64,000 nt of DNA from Candidatus Altimarinota bacterium (GTDB lineage: Bacteria > Patescibacteriota > Gracilibacteria > UBA1369 > GCA-2718715): NCBI GenBank assembly GCA_041242255.1, contig JBESAV010000001.1, forward strand, positions 384,001 to 448,000, given 5' to 3'. The position numbers and the translations under genes are program-made. The notes below the pieces were generated by a model. It saw only the letters and a list, made by a program, of their open reading frames with translations. It was not told the DNA's origin and ran no database searches. Shown one piece after another: positions 60,102 through 64,000 of this stretch (its first letter is position 1; every line of letters starts with the position of its first letter).

Positions 60102-61286
60102 TCAAATCACTACTTTCCAGTAACTCTCCAACATCTCATCATAAGAAAATCTACTCACGGCAACATCTAAATTCTTAGAAACATTTTTTATCATATCTCG
60201 GTTTTCAACTATTTCCAGGCATCGATCTACAAAGTCTTCAGGCTTGCATATGAACGCCTCTTTTCTGTCTTCTAAGTGGTAAGCTACCCCACATTTGTCA
60301 GTTAGAAGCACTGGTGTACCAGCATGCATTGCTTCCAAAACTACAAGCCCAAAAGGATCAGTTTTTGTTGCTGGTAAAACAAGTAGGTCAATATTTTGCA
60401 TAAAACAAGGAACAAGCTTTTTATCTAACCACATATTATCTATTTCAGCTTTATCCAGTTTTTTCTTGTAATCACCATCACCACAACATATAAACCCAGC
60501 CTCAGGAATCTTTTCTGCAATTTCCAGAATCAGTTTCATACCTTTATCTTCGCTAAATCTTCCCACAAAACCAATGTCAAAATTCTTCTTAGCAAAAGCC
60601 CTTCTCATCTCTAAAGGTAGGGTAGAAGCATCTTTAATCTTCTTAAATCTTCTACCATCTATCGCATTTGTTATTACTTTAACCCAAGCCATCTTCATCT
60701 CTTTTTTCATAAGTTCAGACACCGTTACCACCGTCACATTTGATCTTTTAGACCAAAACTTATATCCCAATTTCCATAGGTTCTTATGAAACCAGTTACC
60801 CATTCGAGCATGTTCCACCCATATACTTTTAACTCCAAACAACCATAACCATGGCCCATAAATCAATTTTTCAGTAAACGAAAGCATATACATTCTTAGT
60901 TGCTGGCCGTGTTTCAGTTTCAATCTACCTACATCCCAACCACCCTTCAAAAAAAGCATAGGTGAAATCAAACTAAACCAAACCAACCGCAATAAAGTTA
61001 CTGGTGGTTTAGAAAGCCATCTATTGCTGAACTTGTAATTATTCTCTTTAAATAACTTTCTTAAAACTTTACAAGATCCCCAAAATTCTACGTGTGCTCC
61101 TTGAGATCTATAAAAACTAGCAATTTCCATTGTATGTCCCTCCTCACCACCATAGCTTGAGCTAAATGGGAATCGAGTAACTACTATCTTTAATGGTTCA
61201 GCATACTCATCTGTCGCAACCTTTGTATTTTCAAGCAATGCATCAGTTGACTCCAAAAGGGCTGTTGAATGTTCAATTTTCGACAC
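60102..61286 (-). CDS. Glycosyltransferase family 4
   Basis: YGGEE, FVGRFSEDKG, DPFGLVVLEAM; start uncertain (GTG 61286 or TTG 61307). Confidence 0.85.
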   Translation of the reverse strand: MSKIEHSTALLESTDALLENTKVATDEYAEPLKIVVTRFPFSSSYGGEEGHTMEIASFYRSQGAHVEFWGSCKVLRKLFKENNYKFSNRWLSKPPVTLLRLVWFSLISPMLFLKGGWDVGRLKLKHGQQLRMYMLSFTEKLIYGPWLWLFGVKSIWVEHARMGNWFHKNLWKLGYKFWSKRSNVTVVTVSELMKKEMKMAWVKVITNAIDGRRFKKIKDASTLPLEMRRAFAKKNFDIGFVGRFSEDKGMKLILEIAEKIPEAGFICCGDGDYKKKLDKAEIDNMWLDKKLVPCFMQNIDLLVLPATKTDPFGLVVLEAMHAGTPVLLTDKCGVAYHLEDRKEAFICKPEDFVDRCLEIVENRDMIKNVSKNLDVAVSRFSYDEMLESYWKVVI

Positions 61287-61334
61287 AGTAAAATTCTTAA
61301 TGTACAATCAAAATATATACTAAGACCTTCACCT

Positions 61335-62192
61335 TTGCCAAAATTCCAGTCAGTTTCTTTTATCGGAAAACCAAACCTCAGCTCTCATACAAAAGAGCTA
61401 CAATCAATCATAAGTTTTTTTGAAGGATCAGATCTTCATTTTGATATTCATTTTTCAAAGGAGTTCTCCAAACCAACCTCCACCAAACAAGAGCTAACCA
61501 GTACTGATCTTATTTTAGTTTTTGGAGGTGACGGAACACTCATCAAGACAATTCGTCAAATCAAAAACTCCAATTCAAAAATACTATCCATCAACCTTGG
61601 AAATCTAGGTTTCCTCACTGAGATAGACATCGAAGAGTTCTCCCAAACCATGATTAAAATCCAAAAAGGGGAGTATGAGTTAGATAAGCGTAAACTCCTT
61701 ACCGTGCACATCATGCGTGAAGGTAAGCGTATCTTAGAAAATCAAATTGTTAACGAGGCAGTTATCCACCAAGGAGGTAAGGCTCGCCTAATAAACCTAC
61801 ATATAGAAGTCAGCGGACAATCCATGTGTAGCCTCAAAGCTGATGGCCTAATAATATCAACTGCAACCGGAAGTACTGGTCACTCTCTTTCAGCTGGAGG
61901 ACCAATCATCCATCCTCACATAAACGCTATACTCATCAATCCTATCGCCCCAATATCTCTCTCCAATAGGCCCATAGCAGTTCCTTCAGACAGATGCGTA
62001 GAAGTGGATATAGATAAAAACCGCCAATTCGCCGAGCGAGTAGGCTTAACTATCGATGGACAAGAAAGCTACCAACTAGAATACAAAGATAAAATCTATA
62101 TAAAAGAGTCGAGCCACGAAGCCCAACTCATCCGTCTCTTAAATTCTAACTACTACCAGTCTCTACGAGATAAACTCAATTGGACAAAGTAA
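61335..62192 (+). CDS. nadK: NAD kinase
   Basis: GGDGT, NLGNLGFL, NE, ADGLIISTATGSTGHSLSAGG, IDG; likely TTG start at 61335 (ORF open from 61269). Confidence 0.93.
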   Translation: MPKFQSVSFIGKPNLSSHTKELQSIISFFEGSDLHFDIHFSKEFSKPTSTKQELTSTDLILVFGGDGTLIKTIRQIKNSNSKILSINLGNLGFLTEIDIEEFSQTMIKIQKGEYELDKRKLLTVHIMREGKRILENQIVNEAVIHQGGKARLINLHIEVSGQSMCSLKADGLIISTATGSTGHSLSAGGPIIHPHINAILINPIAPISLSNRPIAVPSDRCVEVDIDKNRQFAERVGLTIDGQESYQLEYKDKIYIKESSHEAQLIRLLNSNYYQSLRDKLNWTK

Positions 62193-62193
62193 A

Positions 62194-62697
62194 CTACATC
62201 AAGTCTTTCTCTATCTCATCCAAAGTCTTACCATAGGCTTCTATCGAGTTTAGACCTTCTTTTCTGTAGTTTTCATACATGTCTATGTATTTACCAGTAA
62301 AAGTATAAATAGAGTAATATTTGGAATGCTCACCAGCAAAACCTTTGTCTTGAGCTATTTTTGCTAACCTCTGAGCTATTTCAAAAACATTTTTAGCATC
62401 ATGATATTCTTCAATTTCCTCCTTTCTTAGAAGTGTTCTTTTTTCATCATATTCAGTCTCATTATCTAACTCAAGAATCCTTACAGCAGCATCCAATTTA
62501 TCCTTAATACTACTTTTTCTCTTATTTTCAACTTTATCTCCAGTTCCTAGTATAGACATCCTTCTCTGAAGCTCTTCCTGCACTTCAGCAATACTATGAA
62601 TTCCTGCATATCCCTTTTCTAAATCTTCTTGTTTTTTAACTTCTGCTGCAAAACTTTCATCTAGAATTACTTTTGGTTTATTATTTTCTGACATCAT
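62194..62697 (-). CDS. Hypothetical protein
   Basis: 167 aa charged helical ORF; TATAAT and TTTAA upstream. Confidence 0.6.
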   Translation of the reverse strand: MMSENNKPKVILDESFAAEVKKQEDLEKGYAGIHSIAEVQEELQRRMSILGTGDKVENKRKSSIKDKLDAAVRILELDNETEYDEKRTLLRKEEIEEYHDAKNVFEIAQRLAKIAQDKGFAGEHSKYYSIYTFTGKYIDMYENYRKEGLNSIEAYGKTLDEIEKDLM

Positions 62698-62772
62698 AAA
62701 TATTAAATAATCATATAATTATACTACAACTCCTCAAAAAACCCAACCACATGCCGAAATACAAAGCTAAGA

Positions 62773-63426
62773 CTAATTAGAAACTCTAACCAAAACTTCA
62801 CTTCGTTTCAAAAACCAAGGAGTCAAAGGTGGATCATAATAAGCAAAAGATGTTTCCCCAATCATATAATCACTTTCTTGTAGCTCAGTTATAAGCTCTT
62901 GCTTGGCTTCTTTCATTTTTTGATCAGTAGAACGACCCCTTACCGTTTTCACAGCAAAAAGGGGAGTATCAACTCTTTCTAATTCAACTCTATCATCGTT
63001 AGGTACTGGTAATGTCTCCAATGTATATTTGCTAGGCATTACAAAACTCACATATTTTTTCCCATCAACTACTTCACTCGAAACTGGGCTAGTCATTTTT
63101 ATTTCTTCAGAGTTTTCAGTACTACTCAAGACTGGGGAAGTCATCTTTATCTCTTCACTCAGATTTTCATTAGCAGAAGTATTATTACCAAAAATATAAT
63201 CAGCCAAAATAACAAACCCTTCATTCAAACCATCCTGCCCATCTCTCTCTACTTCAACTTTAGCCACAATGTAACTCTCATACTGCCTTATCTCATATCC
63301 ATTTTTTTCCTCAACCACTTCATATACAGGTTTCTCCAAGAAATAACCTTGATAGATGCTATATCCAACTGACCAAACCAATAATACAATGGCTACAAAC
63401 CCCAAAAAATATAAAAAATATTTCAT
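62773..63426 (-). CDS. SOUL family heme-binding protein
   Basis: N-terminal TM; EKPVYEV...YEIRQY, LADYIFGNN, IKMTSPV, FVMPSKY, YDPPLTP...RSEV. Confidence 0.9.
   Translation of the reverse strand: MKYFLYFLGFVAIVLLVWSVGYSIYQGYFLEKPVYEVVEEKNGYEIRQYESYIVAKVEVERDGQDGLNEGFVILADYIFGNNTSANENLSEEIKMTSPVLSSTENSEEIKMTSPVSSEVVDGKKYVSFVMPSKYTLETLPVPNDDRVELERVDTPLFAVKTVRGRSTDQKMKEAKQELITELQESDYMIGETSFAYYDPPLTPWFLKRSEVLVRVSN
63082..63159 (-). repeat. In-frame duplication of SEEIKMTSPV in the SOUL gene
   Basis: 30-nt copies at 63130-63159 and 63082-63111 encode the same peptide with synonymous differences. Confidence 0.85.
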
Positions 63427-63440
63427 CTAAACCTGTTAAA

Positions 63441-64000
63441 TTATTCTAGAACAGCCTTAATTCTTCGGATTCCTTTACCAGAACTTTTCTCTTTTTTAAT
63501 CTTAAAAGTACCCATCCCCTTGGTATTTTCTACATGCGGTCCTCCACATATCTCAAAGGAATAATCACCAATCCAATAAACACTTACCTCATCATCGTAT
63601 TTATCAGTAAATAAACCAATAGCTCCTTTCTCTTTAGCTTCTTCAACTGACATTTTTGCAGTTTTCACCTCTAGTCCACGCTCTATCTGATGATTTACAA
63701 TTTCTTCTACTTTAGCTTTCTGCTCATCAGTCATTGCTTCATCATAATTAAAGTCAAACCTCAGTCTCTCCGGAGTAATATTTGAACCCTTTTGATTTAC
63801 CTCGTCACCAAGCACGTCTTTCAAAGCCTGGTGCATCAAATGAGTAGCTGTATGTAAGCGTGTAGTAGCCTCAGAGTTATCTGCCAATCCACCTTTAAAT
63901 TTCTGCTCAGCCCCAGCTCTAGATTTTTCCTGATGCTTTTCAAAGGCTTTATCATATCCTCTCTCGTCTACTTCAAAACCATTTTCACGAGCTAGTTCTT
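63441..64000 (-). CDS. alaS: Alanyl-tRNA synthetase, 3' part (short form ending after the editing domain)
   Basis: Frame is open to the window edge: KHQEKSRAGAEQKFKGGLAD, HTATHL, RLRFDF, EICGGPHV, GIRRIKA. Confidence 0.92.
   Translation of the reverse strand, partial: ELARENGFEVDERGYDKAFEKHQEKSRAGAEQKFKGGLADNSEATTRLHTATHLMHQALKDVLGDEVNQKGSNITPERLRFDFNYDEAMTDEQKAKVEEIVNHQIERGLEVKTAKMSVEEAKEKGAIGLFTDKYDDEVSVYWIGDYSFEICGGPHVENTKGMGTFKIKKEKSSGKGIRRIKAVLE

Noticed and set aside
63441-63887. Free-standing AlaX editing protein
   Set aside because: The frame stays open to the window edge with AlaRS linker sequence, so it is the C-terminus of a short AlaRS lacking C-Ala, a known architecture

Overview
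AT-rich, gene-dense bacterial chromosomal segment. It is most consistent with a Patescibacteria/CPR genome (Peregrinibacteria-like), inferred from several SLH proteins, CPR-style PilB and short AlaRS, and near absence of Shine-Dalgarno motifs. It uses genetic code 11: TGA serves as a stop in ATGA overlaps. About 60 CDS and one tRNA-Gly(TCC) are present. Housekeeping genes include fbp, pgi, mnmA, a complete F1Fo ATP synthase operon, a Xer recombinase, nrdR, malic enzyme, tsaD, cca, rlmH, rlmD, nusA, recA-recX, nadK and the 3' end of alaS. Also present are a UV/flavin cluster with two photolyase-family genes, envelope genes (SLH, LCP, DsbA-like, GT4) and several orphan ORFs. No CRISPR, IS, prophage or rRNA was found. 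Main observations: (1) a positionally fixed TTTAA-N9-start motif apparently replacing the SD sequence; (2) an 18-bp palindrome filling the recA -35/-10 spacer (candidate new SOS/LexA box); (3) an inverted-domain photolyase with an extra unknown N-terminal domain; (4) a two-carboxylate Na+-type c-subunit; (5) a HisRS paralog with degenerate active-site motifs; (6) a DsbA coupled to an unrecognised Cys-rich membrane protein; (7) two orphan helical proteins directly upstream of, and apparently co-transcribed with, a PilB/GspE ATPase; (8) an SLH gene whose base skew is opposite to its surroundings. All function calls come from motif recognition by eye; no database searches were run.
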